Of a stretch of DNA of 64,000 nt, positions 27,656 through 38,218 are shown piece after piece. The notes under the pieces are model-generated. The model searched no databases. It was not told the DNA's origin and worked only from the letters and a program-made list of their open reading frames with translations. Location: assembly GCA_020348445.1 (NCBI GenBank), contig CP070751.1:4985087-5049086 (forward strand), in the 5' to 3' direction. The position numbers were made by a program, and so were the translations under genes. The stretch is from Thermoplasmata archaeon. GTDB taxonomy: Archaea > Thermoplasmatota > Thermoplasmata > GCA-020350865. Positions within the stretch are counted from its first letter, which is position 1, and each line of letters opens with the position of its first letter.

Positions 27656-28570
27656 ATGCATATCGTAGGCTTGGGAGCATTGAATCTGGATCGATTATAC
27701 AAGGTTCCTAGGATAACAAAGGGAGACGAGGAGATCGCAATCCTTGAAGCTGTTGAGGAGCCTGGAGGCTCAGCTGCCAACACGATTTATGCCCTTAGAA
27801 AACTTGGTATGTCGGCTGGTTTTATTGGTGCTGTGGGTAATGATCCAGAGGCCAAGAAGGTCCTGGGTTCACTTGACAAAGTGGGTGTCGATACATCCCA
27901 TATCAAGATCAAAGCAAATGCTCAAACAGGTCTTGTCATCGGAATTGTCGATCCCCAGGGAGAAAGGGCCCTATACATTGCCCCAAATGCAAACAATTTA
28001 CTGACGTATCGCGACCTGGACAGGGAGCATATTCTAGGGGCAGATATCCTTCATATGTCCTCCTTTGTTTCAGATAAGCAGCTTGAGGTTCAAAAGAAGG
28101 CAGTTCGGATGTTGAATCCCGTGACAAAATTGAGTTTTGCACCTGGATCATTGTATGTGAAAAAAGGACTTGATGCAATATCGCCTATAATCGAGAGAAG
28201 CCATGTCCTTTTTATCAACGAATCAGAGGCCAAGACGCTGATAGGAAAGGAATATGAAAGCGTATCAAATTTCTTAATTGATTCAGGCTGCAAGATCGTC
28301 GCGGTTACGCTCAAGGACAAGGGATGCTTTATTACAGACGGTAACGAGTCGTATCATGTAGAGGCAGTTAATAAAAATGTGATGGACACAACAGGTGCAG
28401 GAGATGCTTTCTGCGCTGGATTTTTATTTGGCCTCTCCCAAGAAAGAAAATTGAGGGACTGCGGACTTTTAGGCAATATAGTTGCAGGAAGATGCATCTC
28501 GAAGATAGGTGCAAGAAGCGGACTTCCCAAAATATCAGAGTTGGAGAACACTTTAGCCGAATTAATATGA
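27656..28570 (+). CDS. PfkB/ribokinase-family carbohydrate or nucleoside kinase
   Basis: PGGSAANT, FINESE and DTTGAGDAFCAGF signatures. Confidence 0.93.
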   Translation: MHIVGLGALNLDRLYKVPRITKGDEEIAILEAVEEPGGSAANTIYALRKLGMSAGFIGAVGNDPEAKKVLGSLDKVGVDTSHIKIKANAQTGLVIGIVDPQGERALYIAPNANNLLTYRDLDREHILGADILHMSSFVSDKQLEVQKKAVRMLNPVTKLSFAPGSLYVKKGLDAISPIIERSHVLFINESEAKTLIGKEYESVSNFLIDSGCKIVAVTLKDKGCFITDGNESYHVEAVNKNVMDTTGAGDAFCAGFLFGLSQERKLRDCGLLGNIVAGRCISKIGARSGLPKISELENTLAELI

Positions 28571-28694
28571 TTTTTAGACGGTCAAAGGGAATGAAGCTAT
28601 AAGAACCTTTATATAGAAGAACTGGTATAGGGGGATGCCTTTCCCTTGAAAGGCGCATAAAAAGTTAAGAATACCCTATATAAAAAAAGGGGAG

Positions 28695-30359
28695 ATGAAA
28701 AAAATGATGGGAGGACAAACTCCGATATTGGTATTAAAAGAAGGAACAACAAGAGAAAAAGGAAAAGGTGCACAGGGAAACAACATCGCGGCTGCAAAGG
28801 CAGTTGCAGATGCAGTTAGATCCACATTGGGCCCAAGAGGCATGGACAAGATGCTCGTTGACAGCATGGGCGACGCAGTGATCACAAACGACGGTGTCAC
28901 GATACTGAAAGAGATAGACATCGAGCACCCCGCGGCTAAGATGCTGGTTGAGGTTGCCAAGACACAAGATGAAGAATGCGGTGATGGCACCACAACAGCC
29001 GTTATTCTCGCAGGAGAGCTTCTAAAGAAATCAGAGGACCTTCTGGATCAGAACATCCATTCGACAATCATATCAAGCGGATACAGGATGGCAGCAGACA
29101 AGGCAAGGCAGATCATGGAAAAGGTTGCAGAGCCAGTTAGCATCAAGGACAAAAGGACCCTAAAGAACATCGCAAGCACAGCAATGATAAGCAAGAGTGT
29201 AAGTGCATCAAGAGCCCTTATGGCCGATGTTGCCGTGGATGCAGTAACCAGAATTGCAGAGGAAAGCGATGGCGAATGGTACGCAGACAAGGACAACATC
29301 CAGATAGTGAAAAAGCAGGGCGGCTCAATTTCCGACACCAAGATGATAGCAGGCATAATAGTAGACAAAGAGCCGGTACATCCTGGGATGCCAAAGAAGG
29401 TTGAGAAGGCAAAGATCGCTTTAATCGATTCAGCATTCGAGGTTAAGAAGACAGAGGTGGATGCAAAGATACAGATTACGGATCCAACACAGCTTCAGGC
29501 GTTTTTAGCAGAAGAGGAGAACATGCTCAAGGATATGGTACAGACAGTGAAGACTTCAGGGGCAACCGTTCTTTTCTGTCAGAAAGGAATCGATGACCTG
29601 GCACAGCACTACCTAGCAAAACAGGGCGTCTATGCTGTTCGAAGAGTGAAGAAATCAGACATGGAGAAGCTGGCCAAGGCAACAGGCGGAACAATAGTGA
29701 CAAAGCTTGCTGACCTTACAAAATCCGATCTGGGTTCTGCAGCACTTGTGGAACAGAAGAAGATCTCAGATGACCAGATGACCTTTGTGACAGGATGCAG
29801 GAATCCGAAAGCAGTATCGGTCCTCATAAGGGGCGGAACAGAGCATGTTGTGGATGAAATCGAACGCTCCCTTGAGGACGCTGTGGGTGTTGTCAGGGTT
29901 GCAATCGAGGATGGAAAGATCATCGCAGGCGGCGGCGCAACAGCAGCTGAGATCGCGCTCAGGCTTAGGGAGTATGCTTCCACCATTGGCGGAAGGGAGC
30001 AGATCGCAATCGAGGCCTTTGCAAATGCCATGGAAGTTGTACCGCGCACCCTAGCAGAGAACGCTGGTTTGGATCCAATAGACACCCTAATCGAACTCAG
30101 AAAGGCGCATGCCAAAGGTAAAAAGACTGCAGGCATCAATGTCTACACAGACAAAGTCGTTGACATGAGAAAGGAGAACGTGATCGAGCCTTTGAGAGTT
30201 GGAGTGCAGGCTGTATCCTCAGCAACAGACGCTGCCATAATGATCCTGAGAATCGACGATGTGATAGCATCCAGGAGCACAGGTGGACCACCTATGCCTC
30301 CAGGCGGACCTGGTGGAATGGGCGGCATGGGCGGCATGGGTGGAATGGACGAATACTAA
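28695..30359 (+). CDS. ths: Thermosome (group II chaperonin) subunit
   Basis: [16 protein letters not shown] and GDGTTT motifs; GGM-repeat tail. Confidence 0.98.
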   Translation: MKKMMGGQTPILVLKEGTTREKGKGAQGNNIAAAKAVADAVRSTLGPRGMDKMLVDSMGDAVITNDGVTILKEIDIEHPAAKMLVEVAKTQDEECGDGTTTAVILAGELLKKSEDLLDQNIHSTIISSGYRMAADKARQIMEKVAEPVSIKDKRTLKNIASTAMISKSVSASRALMADVAVDAVTRIAEESDGEWYADKDNIQIVKKQGGSISDTKMIAGIIVDKEPVHPGMPKKVEKAKIALIDSAFEVKKTEVDAKIQITDPTQLQAFLAEEENMLKDMVQTVKTSGATVLFCQKGIDDLAQHYLAKQGVYAVRRVKKSDMEKLAKATGGTIVTKLADLTKSDLGSAALVEQKKISDDQMTFVTGCRNPKAVSVLIRGGTEHVVDEIERSLEDAVGVVRVAIEDGKIIAGGGATAAEIALRLREYASTIGGREQIAIEAFANAMEVVPRTLAENAGLDPIDTLIELRKAHAKGKKTAGINVYTDKVVDMRKENVIEPLRVGVQAVSSATDAAIMILRIDDVIASRSTGGPPMPPGGPGGMGGMGGMGGMDEY

Positions 30360-30360
30360 A

Positions 30361-30400
30361 ACCCTTCTTTTTTTCTCTTTTTTTTATATTTTTTTTATTC
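30361..30400 (+). terminator. Archaeal oligo-T terminator region after the thermosome gene
   Basis: Several T6-T8 tracts between convergent genes. Confidence 0.6.
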
Positions 30401-30452
30401 AATTCAATGGTGTGAATTAAAAAATTGTTTGTGAGGCGGTTTATTTACTATT

Positions 30453-32663
30453 TCAGTTGGAAATTTCCCATACACAGTCAGCGGTGGCGTAAATCCAGTA
30501 ACCAAAACCAGGTTCCATAAAATCACCAGGTCCGAGCTTTACCTCTCTTTTTTCTTCGGTGTCAAAATACATGACCATATTGAAATTTCCGGCAATTGAA
30601 GATAATGCATCATCCCTGGTTCTGTTTGTAAGACAGGGATAACCTACCAGGTTCCACCCAATTTTTAGATTTATTTGGGTTACTGTAGGTACCTTTCCCG
30701 CAACGATAAGGTAGTCGCGATATATCATTAAGACATAATATCCATTCTTGTGATTTATCTCGATGACATCGTTGAAATATATTGGTTTACCTTTGTACCA
30801 GTGTAACCAAGGTTTGGATCTTCCAGCATGGTACGCCTGCACTCCAAAATAGCTACCGTTTATAGTTTGAAGAACATGTTCCATGGATGTATTGGTTTGA
30901 ATCAATGGAATGGATATTAGATTGCAGTCATCCATGAGAGAATTCACAAATTTACCCGCTTTATTAGTGTTCAGTTCCTCTTTATCTGAGGTATCATTGG
31001 CTCTTACGATATAGAAATAATCGTTGAGATCCCCGTCCCCTGCATCGATATCTGTCCAACTGTACGATGATGAACCATTTGCTGGGACCCAGGCTGCATA
31101 ATCGTAGCTTCCGTTAATACCCGTGTTTGACTTGTATACTGTATAACCTGCGACATCATCTTCACCCCCGCCGTCATCATGGGAGGCATCCCATGAAAGC
31201 AATACATCGACTCCATCGAACGTAAGATCAGCCTGAAATCCAGTAGGTGGCCTTGGAGCCATATTTGGTGGTAGCGGTGGGGAGGTGTAATTGGATGGGA
31301 CGATTACTAGGACATCCCTTGATTTTGTGATAGTAGAGTTTTCAAAATCTGCATATCCCCAAAGTGTGCCATTCTGAGCCGAGATATTATGCGGATTGAA
31401 GTCTTTTGTCGTATGTTGGTATTTGATCATCTCCGTGACCAGGAACCATCTTGCCCATCCATTGATATCTGTTATTCTTGTGGGTGGTGAACCAGGATCA
31501 CCGAACCTGTCCTTGACATACACGGGCACGTAAGGTATATGGGTGTGATTTTTATCCTTAACCTCTACATCGATCCACCATTGAAGAGTCACACTGGATC
31601 CACCCGTTGAATTTATTGTGGTATTATCCCATTCTCCAGAGAATTTCATTGGATTCCGAAGTATCGGGTGGGCGGGAAAACCCTGGGTATAATCATTTGC
31701 CTTCAACGTTAGAGCGCCGGCGGAGGCTCCTGCCTGGTAAAATGAGCAGTTATCCATAAAAATGGATGCCCCGTTGGTTCTTACATAATAATTACCAGGA
31801 ACACCACCTTGAAACTCGCAGGTGTCAAGCACTGTCCCGTTGGACTTTTCCTCCACCAAAAGACCGTGACCTGGAATATCAAAACTATTGAAGTTAATCC
31901 GATCAAGAATTACGTTCGCATTGGAAACATACATACTGGGCATACCAATGCCATGGCCTATGAAGCTTACACCGGCGGTCAAATTCAAAGTGCCATTGCG
32001 AACATCCAGACAAACCCCAGTTGGTGCAGCGCTGTCATCAATTACGGTGAAATCCATGTTCGTGTAATTCACTACTCTATCCATTTGTATACCATATGCG
32101 CCTATATTTGTAAACATGGATAGGGACACACCAGGTGCCATTAGGGATGCACTTTGGAAAACCACACCATCGTTTGCACCATCGAACTCGCAATCATATA
32201 TTCTACCTTCACTACCTGGAAGGAAATATATGCCATCCCAACCTCCAATTCCTGAGGCAGCAAATACCGTTCTAGAGAAGTCATCCTCGTTATCATGGGT
32301 TATCAATTTGGCGTCAACTGCCACATCTATCCTGGTTGCTCCCGATGCAAAAGTTACATCATTGGGAGGAGTTAATCCTTGTATAACCAGTGTATACCCG
32401 GGATTAACAAGATAATTATGTGTTTGAACTATATGACTGTCAGAATTATCCCATACAACGATTTGGTTAACCATACCATCGGCATCAGTGGGACCGCCAT
32501 CTTCTAGCATGGCTTGGCCCATGTCATGAATATAGGGTTGAGCCTTGGCTTTAGGTGTACTTAAAGGTAACAATAGGACTATGCTCGAAGCCACAATCAT
32601 CCATACTACAAGAACCGAGGCTAATCGATTCTTGTCTTTTACATTTGCCCACTCCGCTCGCAT
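30453..32663 (-). CDS. Secreted protein: beta-helix region, fibronectin type III domain, C-terminal duplicated NLISIP/GWNLVGYP module
   Basis: Signal peptide; PRPPTGFQA...LSWDAS...YFYIVRAND (FN3); MEPGFGYWI terminal motif. Confidence 0.85.
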   Translation of the reverse strand: MRAEWANVKDKNRLASVLVVWMIVASSIVLLLPLSTPKAKAQPYIHDMGQAMLEDGGPTDADGMVNQIVVWDNSDSHIVQTHNYLVNPGYTLVIQGLTPPNDVTFASGATRIDVAVDAKLITHDNEDDFSRTVFAASGIGGWDGIYFLPGSEGRIYDCEFDGANDGVVFQSASLMAPGVSLSMFTNIGAYGIQMDRVVNYTNMDFTVIDDSAAPTGVCLDVRNGTLNLTAGVSFIGHGIGMPSMYVSNANVILDRINFNSFDIPGHGLLVEEKSNGTVLDTCEFQGGVPGNYYVRTNGASIFMDNCSFYQAGASAGALTLKANDYTQGFPAHPILRNPMKFSGEWDNTTINSTGGSSVTLQWWIDVEVKDKNHTHIPYVPVYVKDRFGDPGSPPTRITDINGWARWFLVTEMIKYQHTTKDFNPHNISAQNGTLWGYADFENSTITKSRDVLVIVPSNYTSPPLPPNMAPRPPTGFQADLTFDGVDVLLSWDASHDDGGGEDDVAGYTVYKSNTGINGSYDYAAWVPANGSSSYSWTDIDAGDGDLNDYFYIVRANDTSDKEELNTNKAGKFVNSLMDDCNLISIPLIQTNTSMEHVLQTINGSYFGVQAYHAGRSKPWLHWYKGKPIYFNDVIEINHKNGYYVLMIYRDYLIVAGKVPTVTQINLKIGWNLVGYPCLTNRTRDDALSSIAGNFNMVMYFDTEEKREVKLGPGDFMEPGFGYWIYATADCVWEISN

Positions 32664-32820
32664 TTATATCCCCTCTTATTTTTAAGGTTTTAATTTTGCA
32701 GTTTATCAACTCAGTTCTCCTTAATAAATCTTTTAGAACGAAATTTGAATGATAAAATTCTCCTTGAAGAAAGGCCAGTTTTTTATATTCGAATGCGTAT
32801 AAATTTCTGGATATAGATAA

Positions 32821-33339
32821 TCACCAATTCTCATAATGTATCAGTTCATCAATCGGTATTCTTGAGGCATAGCCAGCCTTCCCTTCTGAGTATCCAATAG
32901 GAAGTAAGGCCACAGGTCGAACATGGGGAGGCAAACCTAAAACTCGGGAAGCCGCATGCTCATCAAAGGCTCCAACCCAGCAACAAGCCAGACCAAAATC
33001 CACAATAGCAAGGAGCATGTTCTCAATTGAAGCAGCAGAATCCTGGATGCAGTACAATTCCCTTCCTCGGCTCCCATAATGTGCGGTGCGTTTTAGATTG
33101 GCGCAGACAACCACCACAACCGGTGCCTGGGCCACGAATCTTTGATCCAATGCAGCATGGGCAAGTTGCTCTTTTATTTCCTGCTTTTTCACGATAATAA
33201 AATTCCTTGGCTGGAGATTTCCTGCAGATGGAGCCAGATTCCCAAGTTCGATGATCTCGTGAACTATCTTGTCATCCACAGGCCTTTTATCGAATCTTCT
33301 TACGCTTCTTCTGGTTTTTATGGCTTCGATTAGTTCCAT
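32821..33339 (-). CDS. Nitroreductase family protein
   Basis: RRSVRRF, APSAGNLQP and GLACCWVGAF motifs. Confidence 0.95.
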   Translation of the reverse strand: MELIEAIKTRRSVRRFDKRPVDDKIVHEIIELGNLAPSAGNLQPRNFIIVKKQEIKEQLAHAALDQRFVAQAPVVVVVCANLKRTAHYGSRGRELYCIQDSAASIENMLLAIVDFGLACCWVGAFDEHAASRVLGLPPHVRPVALLPIGYSEGKAGYASRIPIDELIHYENW

Positions 33340-33404
33340 GTTCCCATCTCCAAAATTTTATAGTTGGTAAATGTTCTCTTGTGCTATTATCTTTTATGTA
33401 AACA

Positions 33405-33492
33405 CAATTTCCCCTCCCTCCATAACCCCCTCCTCCCACCCTGAAAAATCATAAAAATAAACCCACCATCCAATTTCCCCCTCCACCCCCCC
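33405..33492 (-). repeat. G-rich (C-rich on +) intergenic tract containing G-quadruplex motif copy 1
   Basis: Minus strand GGGTGGGAGGAGGGGGTTATGGAGGGAGGGG (33441-33411); CAATTTCCCC(C)TCC occurs at 33405 and 33471. Confidence 0.7.
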
Positions 33493-33645
33493 AATAAACA
33501 CATAGAATGAATCCTTTCCTCCAAATCCTCCATACTCCCTTAGAATCCAACAGAAAAAGAGCACACCCGAAATACTTAAAAAAAACCTTCCCAAAACTAC
33601 CTATATTCATAAGGCTGTACCCCCTTTTGATAGGGGGATGAGTGA

Positions 33646-34641
33646 ATGGAACAACCACTAAAAAAACAGGTTCAGGATTTTAGAGAAGGAGACAGTATAC
33701 GAGGAAAATTTGCAGTGCGCACCAAGGAGACGCCTAGGGAGTACCGGAACAAACCGGGGAAGTACTTCTTTTTGGGTGTGGGTGACAAGACAGGAAACAT
33801 TTCGTTAAAATACTGGGGTGTAGCAGACGATCGGATGCTAATCGATCTTTACAATTCTCTTGAAGTGGGAGATGTCATAGAAATAGCGGGGGAGGTTGCT
33901 ATGGATAGATACGACAACGTGCTTACCATAACCATGGACGAGGGAGTGCATTCCCTTCGAAAATGCGGCGAGGGTGAGTACAAACCAGAGGATTTTCTTC
34001 CTGTGTCTGAAAGGAATATGGATGATATGATGGAGGAGCTGCACGCCGTAATGGGCTCTGTTTCAGATGAGAACTTGAAGGCATTGCTGGAGAGCTTTTT
34101 TTCCGATGAATTTTTTTCGTCTGCGTTTAAAGAATCCCCTGCTGCAATGAAGCATCATCACTGCTATATAGGGGGACTTCTGGAGCACACGCTAAACGTT
34201 GTAAAGCTGTGCGATTTGGTATCGTATACCTATCCCAAGCTGAACAGGGATCTGCTTGTTACAGGTGCCATACTCCATGACGTTGGGAAGATCGGATCAT
34301 ATAAAGCAGTAACCAGTATCGACATGACGGACCCGGGTAAGTTCCTTGGACACATAACCATGGGCTCTGCAATGCTGGAGGCGAAGTTATCTGGTATGGC
34401 AAATTTTCCTGATGTTCTGAAGATGAAGTTAAAGCATCTCATTTTGTCTCATCACGGAAACGTGGAATCTGGATTTCAGTCTCCCAAAGGATTGAAGATC
34501 CCCGAGGCAGCTGCATTGTATTACGCGGATCTTTTCGATGCCAATGTCAAGGATTACCTCCAGGAGATGGAGAACGAGAAGAACCTTGAGGATGACTGGG
34601 TTTATTTGAGAGGAGTGGGTAACGAGGTTTATATGAAGTGA
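33646..34641 (+). CDS. yhaM: YhaM/CBF1-like 3'-5' exoribonuclease (OB fold + HD domain)
   Basis: DKTGNI OB fold; PAAMKHHH...GGLLEHT; ILHDVGK; GHI; ILSHHG motifs. Confidence 0.9.
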   Translation: MEQPLKKQVQDFREGDSIRGKFAVRTKETPREYRNKPGKYFFLGVGDKTGNISLKYWGVADDRMLIDLYNSLEVGDVIEIAGEVAMDRYDNVLTITMDEGVHSLRKCGEGEYKPEDFLPVSERNMDDMMEELHAVMGSVSDENLKALLESFFSDEFFSSAFKESPAAMKHHHCYIGGLLEHTLNVVKLCDLVSYTYPKLNRDLLVTGAILHDVGKIGSYKAVTSIDMTDPGKFLGHITMGSAMLEAKLSGMANFPDVLKMKLKHLILSHHGNVESGFQSPKGLKIPEAAALYYADLFDANVKDYLQEMENEKNLEDDWVYLRGVGNEVYMK

Positions 34642-34662
34642 TAGAGAGACTTGGGGGAGGAC

Positions 34663-34887
34663 ATGAAGGTCACTTGTCGCTTGGAGTTCAACTACGAGAC
34701 CGAGGAGGAGGCCAAGGCAATTGTCAGGGCTGTGGAGGTGGACAATTACCAGTTCGTGAAGACCACCTTGGAGGGGAGAAAGATGATATCGGTTGCCGAG
34801 GCTGGCTCGATACCGAGTTTGATTCACACCTTGGATGATTTTTTAGCCTGTGTCGGGATTGCCGAGAAGGTTGTGAGGAAGGAGTAG
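34663..34887 (+). CDS. pcc1: KEOPS complex subunit Pcc1
   Basis: 74 aa; AIVRAVEVDN and SLIHTLDDFLAC pattern; GGGGAGG SD before ATG 34663. Confidence 0.8.
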   Translation: MKVTCRLEFNYETEEEAKAIVRAVEVDNYQFVKTTLEGRKMISVAEAGSIPSLIHTLDDFLACVGIAEKVVRKE

Positions 34888-34915
34888 ATATATTCGTTAA
34901 TATGAAATTCAATGA

Positions 34916-34945
34916 CCCGCCCTCCTTACCCCCTCCACCCACCCC
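34916..34945 (-). repeat. G-quadruplex motif copy 2, homologous to copy 1
   Basis: Minus strand GGGGTGGGTGGAGGGGGTAAGGAGGGCGGG; about 26/30 identical to 33412-33441. Confidence 0.7.
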
Positions 34946-35039
34946 AAAAAAATTACTAAAAAATAGAGTTCATGAAAACCTAATAAATTCCATCACACCC
35001 AAAACCTTATAATAATTCCTTTTTAATTCCCTATTCCAT

Positions 35040-36332
35040 ATGGCGAGTATACAAAGGCCGAGAGGCACGCGTGATTTTGGGCCAGAAGAAATGGGCAAAA
35101 GAAGGTACATCGAAGGCATTCTAAGAAAAACAGCCGAGACCTTCGGCTATCAGGAGATCACAACCCCCACCTTCGAGCACTCAGAACTTTACACAGAAAG
35201 ATCTGGCGAGGCAATAAAAAACGAGATGTACATGTTCAAGGACAAAGGAGGAAGGGAGCTCTCCCTAAGACCCGAACTTACTCTGCCAACAATGCGCTTT
35301 TACGCAAACGACATGAGGAACGTGCCCAAGCCAATCAAGGTTTACTACTTTGGAAACTGCTTTAGGTACGAAAGACCCCAGTCTGGGAGGTTCAGGGAGT
35401 TCTGGCAGTACGGTGCAGAGATAATAGGAGGCGGGGTTTACGAAAGCGATGCTGACATCATTGCATTGGCAGCAGTGAGCCTAGAAAATGCTGGCCTTAA
35501 AGGATTTGTTACAAGAATCGGCCACCTTGGTGTTCTTCGTGCCATGCTTTGGGAGATCGGAGTGGATGGCGAAAAACAAAGCAAGTGCATGCAGCTCATA
35601 GATAAGGGCGAGCACGACGAGCTTTTTACGCTGCTTTCTGAGCAATCACCAGGGAACCTAGGGATAGACAGAATCAGATCCCTTCTTGACCTTGAAAAAT
35701 CTCCTTCTGTTCTCGAAAAAGCTAAAAAGATACTGAGAGGAAACAGGAAAGCATTGAAAGCAATTGAGGATTTGGAAAAAATACTGATAGACTTAGAGGC
35801 CCTGGGAGTAAAGAATTACACTATCGATCTGGGGATAGCAAGGGGTCTGGACTACTACACTGGCATGGTATTTGAGATCGATTATCCAAAACTGGGAGCC
35901 GAGAAGCAGGTATGCGGAGGCGGCGCCTACACCCTGGCCGAGCTCTTTGGCTCAGAGCCCACAACCTCAACAGGATTTGCAATTGGATTTGATAGGGTGA
36001 TGATGGCCTTAGAAAGACAAGAAACAGATATTCCGATTCAGGGAGTTACCGCATATGTGATTCCCTTGGGTAGCGAAGCTAAAAATCAGGCATTTAAGAT
36101 CGCAGCAACCCTGAGAAAAAGCGGTATTTCTGCAAGCATCGCTTTGCTGGATAGGAACATCTCGAAACACATGAAATATGCAAATGCCATTGGTGCAAAA
36201 CAAGTCATCATAATAGGTGAGGATGAACTGGCCACAAAACAGGCTACAATAAAGGATATGAAATCTGGAGAACAGAAAAAGGTGGCATTTGAAAAGATAG
36301 CAGAGCACATTAAGACTGCATCCGGGGCTTAA
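35040..36332 (+). CDS. hisS: Histidine--tRNA ligase
   Basis: RPRGTRDF, LRPELT, FRYERPQSGRFREFWQ, RGLDYYTG and GFAIGFDR motifs. Confidence 0.98.
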   Translation: MASIQRPRGTRDFGPEEMGKRRYIEGILRKTAETFGYQEITTPTFEHSELYTERSGEAIKNEMYMFKDKGGRELSLRPELTLPTMRFYANDMRNVPKPIKVYYFGNCFRYERPQSGRFREFWQYGAEIIGGGVYESDADIIALAAVSLENAGLKGFVTRIGHLGVLRAMLWEIGVDGEKQSKCMQLIDKGEHDELFTLLSEQSPGNLGIDRIRSLLDLEKSPSVLEKAKKILRGNRKALKAIEDLEKILIDLEALGVKNYTIDLGIARGLDYYTGMVFEIDYPKLGAEKQVCGGGAYTLAELFGSEPTTSTGFAIGFDRVMMALERQETDIPIQGVTAYVIPLGSEAKNQAFKIAATLRKSGISASIALLDRNISKHMKYANAIGAKQVIIIGEDELATKQATIKDMKSGEQKKVAFEKIAEHIKTASGA

Positions 36333-36344
36333 TCGCCCAAGAGA

Positions 36345-36977
36345 GTGGACATAATGATCGGTGACCTTATCTACGATTTCACCGGGGGCAATCTCCTTTT
36401 ACTGCTAATAGGCGTGTTTCTCATATTCTATTTTGATGCAATGGTTCTTACGATCCTACCCGAGGTTCTGATTCTGTTTTTCTTTGCCTCCCATCCAGAG
36501 GATGTGAATCTGATTACTTGGGTTGTCCTTCTTTTGATTATGGCAATAGTAGGAGATGTGAGCGGAAACTACACTGTATACTTACTCTTCAAGAAGGTGA
36601 AAAGATACCATAACTGGGTACATGATAAGCTGAGAAAATACGTTGGTATGCTGGTTCTAAAGGACGAGAAGCTAATTCTGTTAAACCGTGTGGCCCCTGC
36701 ACTTCCCATGTGTGGTGCGTTCATGGCAGCCTGTGACTGGAGTGTCAAGCGATCCCTTTTTTATATCTTCCTTGGAGGCTTGATAAAATACTCGGTTATC
36801 CTGTTTTTGTTCGGATTTTTGGACTGGTTGTATCCCACAGATACAGCCTTTTGGATCACCTTCATATCTGTGGTGGTATTCTTGGCAATTAGCTTCTTTT
36901 TGGGCAGGTCAGAACGGAAAAAGCTCATGGCATCTGCCAAAGCAGATAAAAACACCAATAAAAATAATGAGCATTAG
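36345..36977 (+). CDS. DedA/VTT-like membrane protein
   Basis: LPEV motif; GDVSGNYTVY; LLNRVAPALP; several TM segments. Confidence 0.7.
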   Translation: MDIMIGDLIYDFTGGNLLLLLIGVFLIFYFDAMVLTILPEVLILFFFASHPEDVNLITWVVLLLIMAIVGDVSGNYTVYLLFKKVKRYHNWVHDKLRKYVGMLVLKDEKLILLNRVAPALPMCGAFMAACDWSVKRSLFYIFLGGLIKYSVILFLFGFLDWLYPTDTAFWITFISVVVFLAISFFLGRSERKKLMASAKADKNTNKNNEH

Positions 36978-38056
36978 GTATGGATGGCAGAAAGAAATTT
37001 CTCGGTGTTCTTGGCTACCTCGTATTTCTTATCAGGCCCGCTGTAATTTTTTGCCTTCATTAGGTTATTCGGCAGGTCAATTTCTTTCTGGTTCACGTAC
37101 AGAAAATTCCCCCTCTCCTCGTGATGCTTTGCAAGATATTCCTGCTCTGTCTGCTGGGGTGTGGGTATGAACATTGCCTTCTTTTCAAGGGCGTAGATGT
37201 CCATCAGGGTGGAGTATCCTGATCTCGATATTATGATCCTCGACCTGCTCATTAGAAGTTCGCGTTCTTCTGCAGGTAAGAAATCATAGAGCTTTATGTT
37301 ATCAGCAAGTTCGTCTTTTTTCTTCTTTATTGAAGAATCAAAGGTTCTTCCAAGGCTCATTATTATATTTCCGTCGATTTCGTTGACCTGCCTAAATACT
37401 AGATCCTCCATTACCTGTCTTTGCGGCTCAGGACCTGAGATTGAGAATAGGAAATCCACATCCTCAGAAACATCCCTCTTTTTAAAATCTGACATGATAC
37501 CGAAGTAAACGATATTCTTTGAATTTAGGTGGTTCAAGTTATGGGAAAGGTCTCCTGAGATTCCGTTTTCCTCGTAGTCTGGGACCATGATGTTTTTAAA
37601 ATATTTTGTAAAGTGGACATTGAACCTCTCCCAGCTGTTCTCTATCATTTTCAATCTTCCCGGAGCTATCACACGCAGCTGATGTGTTATCAAGAATGAG
37701 GGGATTTTCTTGTGAAAGATACCGTATCTGTTGTCCGAGATTATGATATCGAAATTGTTATTCTCGATATACTTTGACATCCTCCTGTGCTCCTCTATCA
37801 TGGATTTTATGAGCTTGGGTGCAAACCAGCAGAATTTGAGCAAAAACACCTTAGACTTGTCTGTGTAGGGAAGAGGGTAATCAGAGGAATCATAATAATT
37901 TGCACTGTCTTTCAGCTCCATTTTCAATAGATCAAGTGATCTGCCTGTTGTTGTTACGGTGACCTCATTGCCCTCATCTATGAGTTTTCGCATTATAGGA
38001 AGGGACCTTGTTGCGTGCCCCAGTCCCCAGGAGCATACTCCATAAAGTACCTTCAT
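36974..38056 (-). CDS. Glycosyltransferase, GT28/MJ1255-like
   Basis: GLGHATRS, ISDNRY, ISRSGYST and PTPQQTEQ motifs. Confidence 0.9.
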   Translation of the reverse strand: MKVLYGVCSWGLGHATRSLPIMRKLIDEGNEVTVTTTGRSLDLLKMELKDSANYYDSSDYPLPYTDKSKVFLLKFCWFAPKLIKSMIEEHRRMSKYIENNNFDIIISDNRYGIFHKKIPSFLITHQLRVIAPGRLKMIENSWERFNVHFTKYFKNIMVPDYEENGISGDLSHNLNHLNSKNIVYFGIMSDFKKRDVSEDVDFLFSISGPEPQRQVMEDLVFRQVNEIDGNIIMSLGRTFDSSIKKKKDELADNIKLYDFLPAEERELLMSRSRIIISRSGYSTLMDIYALEKKAMFIPTPQQTEQEYLAKHHEERGNFLYVNQKEIDLPNNLMKAKNYSGPDKKYEVAKNTEKFLSAIHT

Positions 38057-38218
38057 CTACATCCTACCATAGTATTAGACATCAGTTATTTACCGAATTT
38101 TCATGACCCAATAGCATTGCACACACTACACTCCCAAAAAGGAAGTGAGTTTCGGATACGTTAATCGCACAATCTGTCAAAGCAAATATAGATGGTATTT
38201 CTAGACAATTTAAAAAAG

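Noticed and set aside
30290-30350. GGCGGCATG tandem repeats
   Set aside because: They encode the ordinary GGM tail of chaperonins.
33405-34945. Replication origin (ORB G-strings)
   Set aside because: No GTTCCAGTGGAAAC-like ORB core and no cdc6/orc1 gene in the window.
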